From Candidatus Hydrogenedentota bacterium (lineage in GTDB: Bacteria > Hydrogenedentota > Hydrogenedentia > Hydrogenedentales > SLHB01): a DNA stretch of 64,000 nt. Each line of letters opens with the position of its first letter. Positions within the stretch are counted from its first letter, which is position 1. The notes below the pieces were generated by a model, which was given only the letters and a program-made list of their open reading frames with translations, was not told the origin of the DNA and made no database searches. The position numbers and the translations under genes were made by a program. The stretch lies in NCBI GenBank assembly GCA_963674865.2, contig CAXXYE010000008.1:192001-256000 (forward strand), in the 5' to 3' direction. Of this stretch, positions 24,819 to 34,199 are shown piece by piece.

Positions 24819-25883
24819 TCAGTCCTCCTTCGTTTCCATTTGCCGGCGGCGAATGTAATCCCGCGCCACGCGAAGATCTTTGAGGGCGTCCGCGGCCTCG
24901 CATAGGGGCGTATCCTCGCCGCGCACGGCGCGGACGAAATTCGTTGCTTGTTGCCGCATGGCGTCCACCCACGGCAGTTGCGGCGTAATGGCCTCCGGTG
25001 TGGCGTCGTCGCCCGGATCCCGGTAATACGTCACACGGCCGGGCCGATTGCAGGCCAGCGGCGCGGGCAATTCGAGTTTGAAGTAGCCTCGCTCGAAAGC
25101 TACGAGCGCCTCCTCCTGCCAGTCTCGCGTGGTGCGGAACGGCGTCATCTCGATGACGCCGGGAACGCCGCTCGCACTGCGCACCGCCAGCAGGACGCCG
25201 GAGGGATCCGCGTAGTCCACTTCGTAATCCTCACCGAGGAGATGGCGCATCAGGTTGACTTGGTGAATGTAATAATTTACGAAGCTTTCGTAGGCCTTCT
25301 GAGTGGGCTCGTCCATATCGCTCGGGGGGGGATCGTGTCTCAGCGGCGGCGATGCCTCGTCGCTTCTCAGCAAGTGGCTGAAGCCGCCGGCCGTCCAGTT
25401 GCCCTCGGGCATGAGGATGCGCACGTAGCGAAGGGCGCCGAGCTCGCCGCCGGCCGCAAGGCGGGCCATCTCCTCCTTGACGAACATCGTGGCCGGGTCG
25501 CTGCGTTTGTGGTAACCCACCAGATGCCTTGCCCGGCTGGACTTCAATGCGGCTAGAACGCGTTCCCCTGCTTCGATGGAGCGCGCCAGCGGCTTCTCCG
25601 TCAGTACCGGGACGCCGGCCTTGAACAGGTCGGGCAGCAGCACTCCGTGCCGCGTGAACGGCTGCGCCGCCACAATGGCGTCAACCTTTTCGCTGCCCAG
25701 CAGCGCCTCATGATCTGGGTAGACTTTCGGGACACCGTATCGTGCCGCGACCTCTTTGCCGAGTCCCTGGCGCAATTCCGCGAGGGCGACAACTTCGCAA
25801 TCCGCGAGGGCGGCGTAGTTCCGCAGATGGGCGCATTGTCCCATCGCGCCGACGCCCACAAAGCCTATCCGAACCTTGTCCAT
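24819..25883 (-). CDS. Gfo/Idh/MocA-family oxidoreductase
   Basis: IGFVGVGAMG, EKP motif. Confidence 0.88.
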   Translation of the reverse strand: MDKVRIGFVGVGAMGQCAHLRNYAALADCEVVALAELRQGLGKEVAARYGVPKVYPDHEALLGSEKVDAIVAAQPFTRHGVLLPDLFKAGVPVLTEKPLARSIEAGERVLAALKSSRARHLVGYHKRSDPATMFVKEEMARLAAGGELGALRYVRILMPEGNWTAGGFSHLLRSDEASPPLRHDPPPSDMDEPTQKAYESFVNYYIHQVNLMRHLLGEDYEVDYADPSGVLLAVRSASGVPGVIEMTPFRTTRDWQEEALVAFERGYFKLELPAPLACNRPGRVTYYRDPGDDATPEAITPQLPWVDAMRQQATNFVRAVRGEDTPLCEAADALKDLRVARDYIRRRQMETKED

Positions 25884-25956
25884 GCTGCAGTCTCCTCCAA
25901 TGCCTGGGGCCACATCATAGCGTGCGCCCGGCGATACGGCAACGCTGGCGGGCGCT

Positions 25957-26814
25957 TCACCGTACGCATCGGAACTTGGGCGCCCAGCCTAACCGTTCGC
26001 GCGCCCGGCTGCAATCGACAAACGCGCCGAAGCCGTCACACTGCGCCAGCTTCTCTCTATCCACGGCGATTCCTGCAAAGAAGCGCTCCGCCAGTTCAAG
26101 ACTGGGAACACGGCTCAACTGATCACTCGCGTTCGCGAGAAACACGTCGAATCCACCTGGGGGGGCGTAGTCGAGTGCTCGCTCGAACAGATCGAGCAGG
26201 TCGCTTGTCCCAACGTATTCGTTGAGGTGAGGAGAGCGGGAGTCCTGACGCGCCGCGAATCCCGGCTCCTCGTCAAGGCGCACGATGTAGGATGGGCGCA
26301 GGGCTACCACGGGCTTCTTGAATCGCGCCGCATAGGCCTGGCACCACTCTTCACATTGTACCTTTGAGCGTGCGTATGGGCTCGTCGCGGAGGTCAGGTG
26401 TGTCTCGTCGAAGGGTAATCGCGTAGGCAGGTGTTCCTCCCGCGGCGGATCGTTGAGTCCGTGCCAGCAGATCGACGAGACGTAGATGAACTGCTCCACC
26501 GTTGACGTCTGGCCTGCCGCCTCGAGGACAACAAAGGCGCCCACGACGTTTGTCTCTACGACCTGCTCAAGGGGCGGAATGTTCCAGGGAATCGCGGCGC
26601 AATGAATCACCGCGTCGCATCCTTCCATGGCCGGGCGCACTGCCGCGGGGTCCGTGATCGATCCCGTGAACACATCTCCGATGGCGCGCTGCGCGGGGTC
26701 GCCAGGAGGGGCGAGGTCCAGTTGCGCGACATGATGGCTCTCACTCAGGAACGCTGCCAGCGCATGGCCCAAACGGCCGTTCGACCCGGTTAGAAGGATT
26801 CTTTTTCGACGCAT
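25957..26814 (-). CDS. NAD-dependent epimerase/dehydratase (extended SDR)
   Basis: TGSNGRLG, HCAA, YARSK. Confidence 0.88.
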   Translation of the reverse strand: MRRKRILLTGSNGRLGHALAAFLSESHHVAQLDLAPPGDPAQRAIGDVFTGSITDPAAVRPAMEGCDAVIHCAAIPWNIPPLEQVVETNVVGAFVVLEAAGQTSTVEQFIYVSSICWHGLNDPPREEHLPTRLPFDETHLTSATSPYARSKVQCEEWCQAYAARFKKPVVALRPSYIVRLDEEPGFAARQDSRSPHLNEYVGTSDLLDLFERALDYAPPGGFDVFLANASDQLSRVPSLELAERFFAGIAVDREKLAQCDGFGAFVDCSRARERLGWAPKFRCVR

Positions 26815-27022
26815 GGCTCCCTACTTTCCGGCGCGTTTCTGCGGCGCGCAACGACGCTACGGTATACTTGCGCGCCCCACTCGTTTTCAAGCCGAGCGGC
26901 CGTAAAACGGCCCGTTTGAGCCTCCCGACTTCATTCACTAGAATGGGTGTAAATCTAAGAGGAAAACGCGTGAATCCTAGCGAGTATCCGGAGTTCTTCC
27001 GGCCTGCGTTCAAGGGGGAAGG

Positions 27023-29341
27023 ATGAGTGACAACCAAAGCGCGCTAATACGCCAGCGCATGTCGAACCTCGTGAGTTGCACAAGGCATAGGAGTGGAATT
27101 GCGCGAGCGAGGCGAGGCGGCAACGTTGCAGGTTCTCACCGATTGAAGTGCGCTGCCACGCTGGCGATCCTGTGCGTCGTCGCGGCCATGAGCAGCTCGG
27201 GGCAGGCGATCGAGGACGCGCCAGCCTCTTCCGCGCCCGATCTGACGTCGCCGCGCGCGACAGTCACCTCATTCCTCGAAGCCATGAACGCGTATCGCGC
27301 TGGAAAGGCCGCGCGGCTGAATGACGCGCTCGGGTGCCTCTACCTCGGCGACTCGGGGGGGCGTGTCCAGCCTGGCGAGGCAACGGACTTCGCTCTCCGT
27401 CTGTACGAGATCATCGCTCATTTCACGCTCGATCTTGAAGCGATACCTGATGGCGGCGACGGGAAAGATGTGGAATTCACGCTGCGTGAGGATGGCGAGG
27501 AGAAGCGAGCCGTAACGCTTTGTCTCCACCGGTACGATGATGGCGCATGGCGGTTTCCATCCCGCACCATCGCCGAGGTGCCCGAACTGTATGCCCAGCT
27601 CGTGGCGGGAGAGGAGGAGGTTGGTGCGGCGGACAACGCCGGCCCACTCTACTCGCCCCGCGGCGCCGTGCGCACCTTCATCGAAGGGATGAACCGGTGG
27701 GATGAAGGCGGGAAAGAGGAGGCGCTTAGCACGCTCGATCTTTCCGCGGTTCGGGAGCAGGTCCGCGAGTCGGAAGGGGTCATCCTGGCCGAGTTGCTCA
27801 AGCAGATTCTCGATCGCGATCATCTGATCATCTATGAAGCGATTCCTGATGATTCCGAGGCTGAACGCTACGTCATGAAGCTTCGGCACGCGCGGGAGTC
27901 CATCGTCCTCGTGCCCGTGGAGGGCGAAGACGGGGCGCGGGAGTGGAAGTTCAGCGCCTCGACGCTCGACGCGCTGCGCGGCATCTATGAGCACTACAAG
28001 GATCGCCCCGTCGTCGTCGGCGTGCCCGGCGCCGAGCCCAGGACGTTCTCCCTGCGTGCGCGCAACTGGGTGGGCAAACGCTATCCGATCCTCCTTAGCG
28101 AGACGATCTACCTGGAGAACTGGCAGTGGCTTGGCCTATTCACGGTGATCCTGCTCGGGATGGCGTTGAGCCGGCTGGTGGCCTTTGTCCTCGCCCTCCT
28201 AATCCGGAAGCGCTTCCAAAGCGAGGCCATGTCTCTGGATGTGCGTCTCGAGCGCGACTTCATCCGTCCTATTCGCATCGCCCTGATGGCGTGGGTTTGG
28301 TACCTGGGCCTGATGTTCCTTGGGCTGCCCGCGAACACGCTCTTCTTCTTGCGGAGCGCTGCCCAGGCCATCACGGCCGCCGGGGGCGTCTGGGCCGTCT
28401 ACCGGCTTGTAGACATCCTAGGGAGTTTCCTCGCCGAACGCGCCGCGCGCACGGATAATCGCTTTGACGATATCCTCGTGCCTCTCGTTACACGCAGCCT
28501 CAAGATCTTCGTCGTGGCGGTGGGTATCGTCTTTGTAGCGGAGAACCTGGGATTCGACTACAAGACGCTGTTCGCCGGACTGGGCCTCGGGGGCCTCGCG
28601 TTCGCCCTCGCCGCCAAGGACACGGTGTCCAACATATTCGGCTCGCTCACGATTCTCTTGGATCGGCCGTTTCAGATCGGCGACTGGGTGATCATCGGCG
28701 ACGCCGAAGGCAGCGTGGAAACCGTGGGGATCCGCAGCACGCGCATTCGTACCTTTTACAACTCTCTTGTTGCCGTGCCTAATTCGCAGCTCATCAATGC
28801 CACCATCGATAACATGGGCGCGCGGCGCTATCGGCGCATCAGCATGAAGATCGCCATCACCTACGACACGCCGCCGGAGAAGATCGAGGCCTTCTGCGAA
28901 GGCATCCGCCATCTGATTCGTATCCACCCTTACACGCGCAAAGACTACTACCACGTCTGGCTGAACGAATTCGCCAATTCCTCGCTCAACGTTCTCCTTT
29001 ATTGCTTCCACGAGGCGCCGGAATGGGCTACCGAACTGCGTGAAAGGCACCGTCTGTTTCTCGACATCATCCGGCTGGCCAACCGACTCGGGGTCGAGTT
29101 CGCCTTCCCGACTCAGACTCTCCACGTCCGCCAGGAAGCCGGTGAACCTCCCGCGCATGCCGTGTCCACACCTCCGGGAGCTACGGAGGCCCTCGTTTTG
29201 GGCCGCCGGGAGGCCGCGCACATTGTCGCGGATACCTTGGGCAGGGACGCATCCATCCCGCCGCCCGTCGATTTCGGTGCTGTTCCGGACGACGACATGC
29301 CCCTGCGCGACGCGAAGGTTGGCGGCAACGACGACACCTAG
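27023..29341 (+). CDS. MscS-family mechanosensitive channel with a large periplasmic region (true start probably later)
   Basis: AGLGLGGLAFALAAKDT, DRPFQIGDW, GIRSTRIRT, VPNS, FAFPTQ. Confidence 0.9.
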   Translation: MSDNQSALIRQRMSNLVSCTRHRSGIARARRGGNVAGSHRLKCAATLAILCVVAAMSSSGQAIEDAPASSAPDLTSPRATVTSFLEAMNAYRAGKAARLNDALGCLYLGDSGGRVQPGEATDFALRLYEIIAHFTLDLEAIPDGGDGKDVEFTLREDGEEKRAVTLCLHRYDDGAWRFPSRTIAEVPELYAQLVAGEEEVGAADNAGPLYSPRGAVRTFIEGMNRWDEGGKEEALSTLDLSAVREQVRESEGVILAELLKQILDRDHLIIYEAIPDDSEAERYVMKLRHARESIVLVPVEGEDGAREWKFSASTLDALRGIYEHYKDRPVVVGVPGAEPRTFSLRARNWVGKRYPILLSETIYLENWQWLGLFTVILLGMALSRLVAFVLALLIRKRFQSEAMSLDVRLERDFIRPIRIALMAWVWYLGLMFLGLPANTLFFLRSAAQAITAAGGVWAVYRLVDILGSFLAERAARTDNRFDDILVPLVTRSLKIFVVAVGIVFVAENLGFDYKTLFAGLGLGGLAFALAAKDTVSNIFGSLTILLDRPFQIGDWVIIGDAEGSVETVGIRSTRIRTFYNSLVAVPNSQLINATIDNMGARRYRRISMKIAITYDTPPEKIEAFCEGIRHLIRIHPYTRKDYYHVWLNEFANSSLNVLLYCFHEAPEWATELRERHRLFLDIIRLANRLGVEFAFPTQTLHVRQEAGEPPAHAVSTPPGATEALVLGRREAAHIVADTLGRDASIPPPVDFGAVPDDDMPLRDAKVGGNDDT

Positions 29342-29497
29342 TCCGGGCGTGCCGCTATCGTGCCTTGGGCCTGAAGCGACGCGGAGGGTGTCGGCCTAAG
29401 GTTTTTCCGCAGTCAAGAAACTCGGAAGGCGCCCGCGCGCCTCCTCCCGCCGATGTGTCCACTTCGGCGCGAAGGGCCGCCGGACTTCCGGGATCGT

Positions 29498-29605
29498 CTA
29501 CTTGTCCTTCTTTTCTCGCTTCAGTTTCCGTCTCTCCTTTGGCGTGGCCTTGGCTTTTTTCTGCGACTCTCTCTTGCCCTTGTCTCGTTTCCCTTTGTCA
29601 CCCAT
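29498..29605 (-). CDS. 35-aa highly basic small protein (not in the ORF track)
   Basis: RBS GGGAG, then ATG; MGDKGKRDKGKRESQKKAKATPKERRKLKREKKDK*. Confidence 0.7.
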   Translation of the reverse strand: MGDKGKRDKGKRESQKKAKATPKERRKLKREKKDK

Positions 29606-29666
29606 GTTCGTCACTCCCTGATTGATGATGTCTGTTCAGCTACGGCCGCAGCATGCGCCTCGTTCT

Positions 29667-31421
29667 TCACTCGCCCAGCAGTCGGTTCAGTTGCCGGATG
29701 TTCTTGCGAATGCTCTCCGGCGTGAAGAAGTACTGTTGAGGCAAGGAAGGGAATCCTGAACCGGAATGAAATCCCATCCGCGGATCGCGGGCCGCGATGT
29801 CATGCGCGTCGGGGAGGTGATTCAGTTCATCGCGCATAATGGCTTGAAGCGGGGCGAGGTGGGAGCGGGTCCATTTTTTCCGTAGCCGATAGGCGCGATA
29901 CACGTTCCAGCCGCTGTGAAAGCAATGGCCGGCCATGCGCGCTGTGTCCGCCTCCTTCCGCGCCGTTGGCGATTCACATCCAGCTATCCCATTCTCGAAG
30001 TGCTTGACGCCCCGCCACCAGGTGCGCGTCAGCGCGCCAAGGCCCTTGATGATCGTGCTTAGTGTATACGGGCCAAATGTTTCACTCAGTTCATCACCGC
30101 GTTTCGTTGGGCGCCACGAGGAGCCGATGTCGCCCTCTTTGAGAGGGCCCGGCACAATGGGATAGGCCACGGCAAACGTCAGGGGCGCTTTGTATAGAAA
30201 CGGGATGGAGAATGGATAGTGGTCCAGGGCGCGTACGAAGAGTTCCCATGCGGCGATGACTTCCTGCGCGTTGCAGCCGGGGAAATATGCACGTGCGAAT
30301 GCCGCCAAGGCTTGTGGCCGCGGCAGAAGGCGTTTGGCGGTGAGGAAGGAAGTGAAGGCCGCCGTGTTGGCCGTGAGCATGTTGCCGAAATTCCAGCAGC
30401 CCATATATGAAGTCACGCGCAAGCGGCGCATGGCCCGGGCTTTTTCGTGCAGCGTCCCTATCACCGGCAGATTGGGCACCACGCCCAGCTCGTGCGTTGT
30501 GTCGATTTGCAGCTTCGCGAGGGTCTTCATGCCGCGCCGGCGGGCGGCCTTCACGGAGGCCACGAATCGTTCACTTGGGCCGGCGTAGCTGAGGGCGTAT
30601 TCATCGATGATGCGGTGCTTGCCTAGGACTACCTTGGAGCCGCCGCGCTCGAGTCCCACCATGAGGCGCACATCGCGCGGCAGCATATGCAGGATCTCCT
30701 TCTGGGGATCCTTTTCGTACATGCTCCACGACCAGTTCCAGGCAATCATCTCCGCGCCGTTTCCGGCCGCGCGGAATCCATCATGAATACTGCCGATGAC
30801 GTCTGCGATGATCTCCTTCGGTTGAATTTGTGCGCAGCGCGGGCATCCCAGCGGCTCTGCCTTTGCGGGAAAGAACTCACAGTCCGGCTGGATCGGGTAG
30901 TGGGAATAGCAGTGCGCCAGGTATTCGGAAGCCGTGATCAGAATCGCGCCGCCCAGGCCCGGCAGGCGTCGGGAGAGCGTCTCGGCCGCTTGGTGAAGAA
31001 ACGCTCTGACTCTTGGCTCCGAGGTGCACATGGCCGAGAATTGTCGGTCCCCCTTCCCCTCCGTCACGCCGCGCGCCTCAGGATGTTTCTGCCAGAAGGC
31101 AGCGCTCGCGGGCATACTCATGGGCGGCTGCATATAGAGGAAAAGGCGAATGCCTACGCGCTCCGCCCGTCGTATCACCGTTCGCAAGCTTCGAAGGTGT
31201 GCGGCGCTATTCGTGGCCAGCTCGGGGAAGATCTTTGTTGGCGCCACATCTCGGAGATAGGCATGGAGCCAAACGGCATTGAATCCGGCCTCGGCCAGTT
31301 CCTTCAGATAGTCTTGGGTGTACACCTCAGCCGCGTGGAGTGTCTCATCCACATAGAAATTGCTGTACGGCGAACGCCAGATACGAAGTGAGTCGTCACT
31401 TGCGGAATGTTCGCTATGCAT
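29667..31421 (-). CDS. Hypothetical protein, possibly glycoside-hydrolase-like TIM barrel
   Basis: 584 aa; YLKELAEAGFNAVWLH; overlaps the sialidase stop codon. Confidence 0.6.
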   Translation of the reverse strand: MHSEHSASDDSLRIWRSPYSNFYVDETLHAAEVYTQDYLKELAEAGFNAVWLHAYLRDVAPTKIFPELATNSAAHLRSLRTVIRRAERVGIRLFLYMQPPMSMPASAAFWQKHPEARGVTEGKGDRQFSAMCTSEPRVRAFLHQAAETLSRRLPGLGGAILITASEYLAHCYSHYPIQPDCEFFPAKAEPLGCPRCAQIQPKEIIADVIGSIHDGFRAAGNGAEMIAWNWSWSMYEKDPQKEILHMLPRDVRLMVGLERGGSKVVLGKHRIIDEYALSYAGPSERFVASVKAARRRGMKTLAKLQIDTTHELGVVPNLPVIGTLHEKARAMRRLRVTSYMGCWNFGNMLTANTAAFTSFLTAKRLLPRPQALAAFARAYFPGCNAQEVIAAWELFVRALDHYPFSIPFLYKAPLTFAVAYPIVPGPLKEGDIGSSWRPTKRGDELSETFGPYTLSTIIKGLGALTRTWWRGVKHFENGIAGCESPTARKEADTARMAGHCFHSGWNVYRAYRLRKKWTRSHLAPLQAIMRDELNHLPDAHDIAARDPRMGFHSGSGFPSLPQQYFFTPESIRKNIRQLNRLLGE

Positions 31422-32472
31422 CGCCTTCTCCTTGTGTCAGCCAGTCCAGCGAGAAGCGCATGAACCGGATCCATTCGCGCCGGTGCTCCCGGCCTCCTTC
31501 AAAGACGATCCCGATGTCTCCGTCAGACAGACGCGCAAGTGAGGAGTAGGATGACGGGCCTCGGTGGATCAGTCTCTTAACGGGCCATGTCCGGCCTTCA
31601 TCATAACTGAGTTTCACCGTCATCCTGGTGCGCTTGACCGTGCCAAAGCGTTCACCCGATACATCCGGATTCGCAAACAGCAGGCAGTCACTCGTGTCCT
31701 GCCCGGCAACGCTGTAGTGGATGATGCTCGCCTGGCAGGGGCACTCATTCAGGGCGGCGTCCCAATAGACGGGCCCCCACGTTTGTCCTCCGTCCTCGCT
31801 GAACGCCACGGCACGGCAACTCTTGCCGGTGTTGTCCCGCATGTTCAGCATGAGTTTGCCATCGCTCAGTTCCACGGCCTGGCACTCGTTCGTGGGCGCT
31901 GAGACGCGGTCGCCAAAGGCCCAGGTGCTTCCATGGTCATCGCTGTATAGGATGCAGGAACGGCAGCCGGTGCGCGTCGTGGAATCGAGAATGCCGGTGT
32001 AGCCAGGAATAACCAGACGGCCGCTCGCCAATTGAATGCTCACGCCGGGGCCCGGGACGAACGTGTCGTCGTAGTCGGCGATCTGCCGCGCCATGTCGAC
32101 AGGCGCGCTCCAGGTTTCGCCGCTGTCGGTGCTGGTAACCACCAAGTGCCGGTGGCGCCCGTGAGCGCGTTTGTGGGCATCGATGCAAAACAGCAGAATC
32201 GAGCCGCTCGATGTGTCGACGACTGGACAGGGATTCATGATCGCCTCGCTGCCTTCACCGGGGATGATTGTCTGCATAGGGAGCCATGCCCGGCCGTCGT
32301 CGACGCTTCTGCGCACCACGAGAGCGGTGGGACTTGCGTCCGCGATGGATTCTTTTCGCGCTTCGCAGAACACCGCCAAGGCGCCGTCCGGACAGCGCAG
32401 CATCGCCGGTATTCGATATGTGTTGATGCCCTCGTCTCCGCCGACGAATACGTCTGTGCTTTCAGGGCGCAT
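31414..32472 (-). CDS. Sialidase/neuraminidase (GH33, BNR repeats)
   Basis: YRIP motif; Asp-boxes SVDDGRAW, STDSGETW, SDDHGSTW, SEDGGQTW, SYDEGRTW. Confidence 0.92.
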   Translation of the reverse strand: MRPESTDVFVGGDEGINTYRIPAMLRCPDGALAVFCEARKESIADASPTALVVRRSVDDGRAWLPMQTIIPGEGSEAIMNPCPVVDTSSGSILLFCIDAHKRAHGRHRHLVVTSTDSGETWSAPVDMARQIADYDDTFVPGPGVSIQLASGRLVIPGYTGILDSTTRTGCRSCILYSDDHGSTWAFGDRVSAPTNECQAVELSDGKLMLNMRDNTGKSCRAVAFSEDGGQTWGPVYWDAALNECPCQASIIHYSVAGQDTSDCLLFANPDVSGERFGTVKRTRMTVKLSYDEGRTWPVKRLIHRGPSSYSSLARLSDGDIGIVFEGGREHRREWIRFMRFSLDWLTQGEGDA

Positions 32473-32758
32473 TGGTTTTCTCCTTGGCGCTTGGTTTGTT
32501 GGAAGAGTGTACTCCATTTTCCGTATATGGGGCACGGACTCACCGACGGCCGTCGCCAATTGTCCTTAGCGGGCGCCTACCGAGATGCGTTGGGGCGAGC
32601 CGGCCTATTGCTCCGGAAGTCACGGGCCATCCCAGCGGCTCTTTGAACCGCAGCGATGCATTTTGTTCCAATGAAGTCGTCGTTTGGCAAGACACCACGG
32701 CTTGAAGCTCCTCGCCCGGTGGTTCTTGCTGGACTCGATGAGATCGGAAACCACCACG

Positions 32759-34156
32759 ATGCAAGATAATGCCTGCTTCTCACGAAGGACTCTTCTTCGC
32801 AGTACGTCCGCTATGGCCGCCGCCTTCGCCGGTACGTCCTCGGTGGGCGCGCCGCATGAAGCTCAAGTGACGGCGGGCCCATTCGTTGCCGATGCCTCTC
32901 GGCAAATCCCCCTCAAGGAATCGACGGATGTCGTGGTGTGCGGCGCGGGGCCGGCAGGGGTGACGGCGGCCATTGCCGCGGCGAGGAATGGGGCGCGTAC
33001 GCGCCTTATCGAGGTCAATGGGTGTCTCGGCGGCGTGTGGACGGCCGGCTTGCTCACGGTAGTGCATGATTTTGCGAACAAGAGAGGTCTGCTGGCTGAG
33101 TACATCCGCCGACTGACGGGGCAGCGCAGCTCCATGAGCTATGGGCGCGTCTGGGCCTATCGCCCCGAGCAGATGAAGTGGCTTCTCGAACGGATGTGCG
33201 AGGAATCGGGCGTGGATGTCCGGCTTCATACGCGCTGCGCCGGCGCCCTTGTTGAGCAGGGATGCCTTCGCGGCGTGATCACGGAATCGAAATCCGGTGG
33301 GGAGGCCTTCTCCGGCAAGGTGTTCATCGACGCCACCGGCGACGGCGATCTTTCGGCGCAGGCGGGCTGTGCCTACGATTATGGCCGTGAAGGCGATGGG
33401 GATGGCCAGCCGATGTCTCTCATCGCGCTTGTCGGCGGCGTGAAGCGCGAGGAAGTCGCGCGATTTGTACGGGGCCTTGCCGAACCTCTCGGGTATGATC
33501 CGAAGAAGGAGTTGCTGGAGGAATTGAAGCGGGCGGGAATTGCTCCTTCTTACGGTGCTCCGTCCCTTTTCAATATGCCCGGCGATCTTCTCTGCATGAT
33601 GATCACGCACGTGTATGGTGTCCGTGGTTTCGACGCGGATGACGTGACACGCGCCACCATGGACGCGCGCAAGGAAGTGCATGCCGCCGTCGAGGCCCTT
33701 CGAGCGCTGGGGGCGCCATGGGCGAATCTTGAGATCGCCGCTACCGCCGAGCACATCGGCGTACGCGAAGGCCGCCGCATCCGCGGCCGCTATACAGTGA
33801 GCGAGGAGGACTTGGCCCAAGGCCGAAAGCACGAGGACGCGATCTGCCGGGTGGCGTTCGGCGTTGACGTCCACTCGCCGGATCCGGACAAGGGGAAGGA
33901 TTTCGATCACGGGAAAACGCGGGCGAAGCCATACGATATCCCTTACAGAGCGCTGCTGCCGCTGGATGTGCAGGGCTTGCTTATGGCCGGGCGGTGCATC
34001 AGCGGCGACTTCATCGCACACAGCAGCTACCGCGTTACCGGGAACGCCGTCGCCCTTGGCGAGGCCGCCGGCATCGGGGCAGCGCTCGCCGTGTCGGAAG
34101 GCCGCCTCCCGGATGAGGTGCCTTGGGAGGAGATGAAGAAGCGGCTGCCCTCATAG
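32759..34156 (+). CDS. FAD-dependent oxidoreductase with Tat-like leader
   Basis: SRRTLL; VVVCGAGPAG; FIDATGDGD; AGRCISG. Confidence 0.88.
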   Translation: MQDNACFSRRTLLRSTSAMAAAFAGTSSVGAPHEAQVTAGPFVADASRQIPLKESTDVVVCGAGPAGVTAAIAAARNGARTRLIEVNGCLGGVWTAGLLTVVHDFANKRGLLAEYIRRLTGQRSSMSYGRVWAYRPEQMKWLLERMCEESGVDVRLHTRCAGALVEQGCLRGVITESKSGGEAFSGKVFIDATGDGDLSAQAGCAYDYGREGDGDGQPMSLIALVGGVKREEVARFVRGLAEPLGYDPKKELLEELKRAGIAPSYGAPSLFNMPGDLLCMMITHVYGVRGFDADDVTRATMDARKEVHAAVEALRALGAPWANLEIAATAEHIGVREGRRIRGRYTVSEEDLAQGRKHEDAICRVAFGVDVHSPDPDKGKDFDHGKTRAKPYDIPYRALLPLDVQGLLMAGRCISGDFIAHSSYRVTGNAVALGEAAGIGAALAVSEGRLPDEVPWEEMKKRLPS

Positions 34157-34199
34157 GGCCACATGCTGGAACCGGGCCGCTTTGGCGGGCTTCCTGAGC

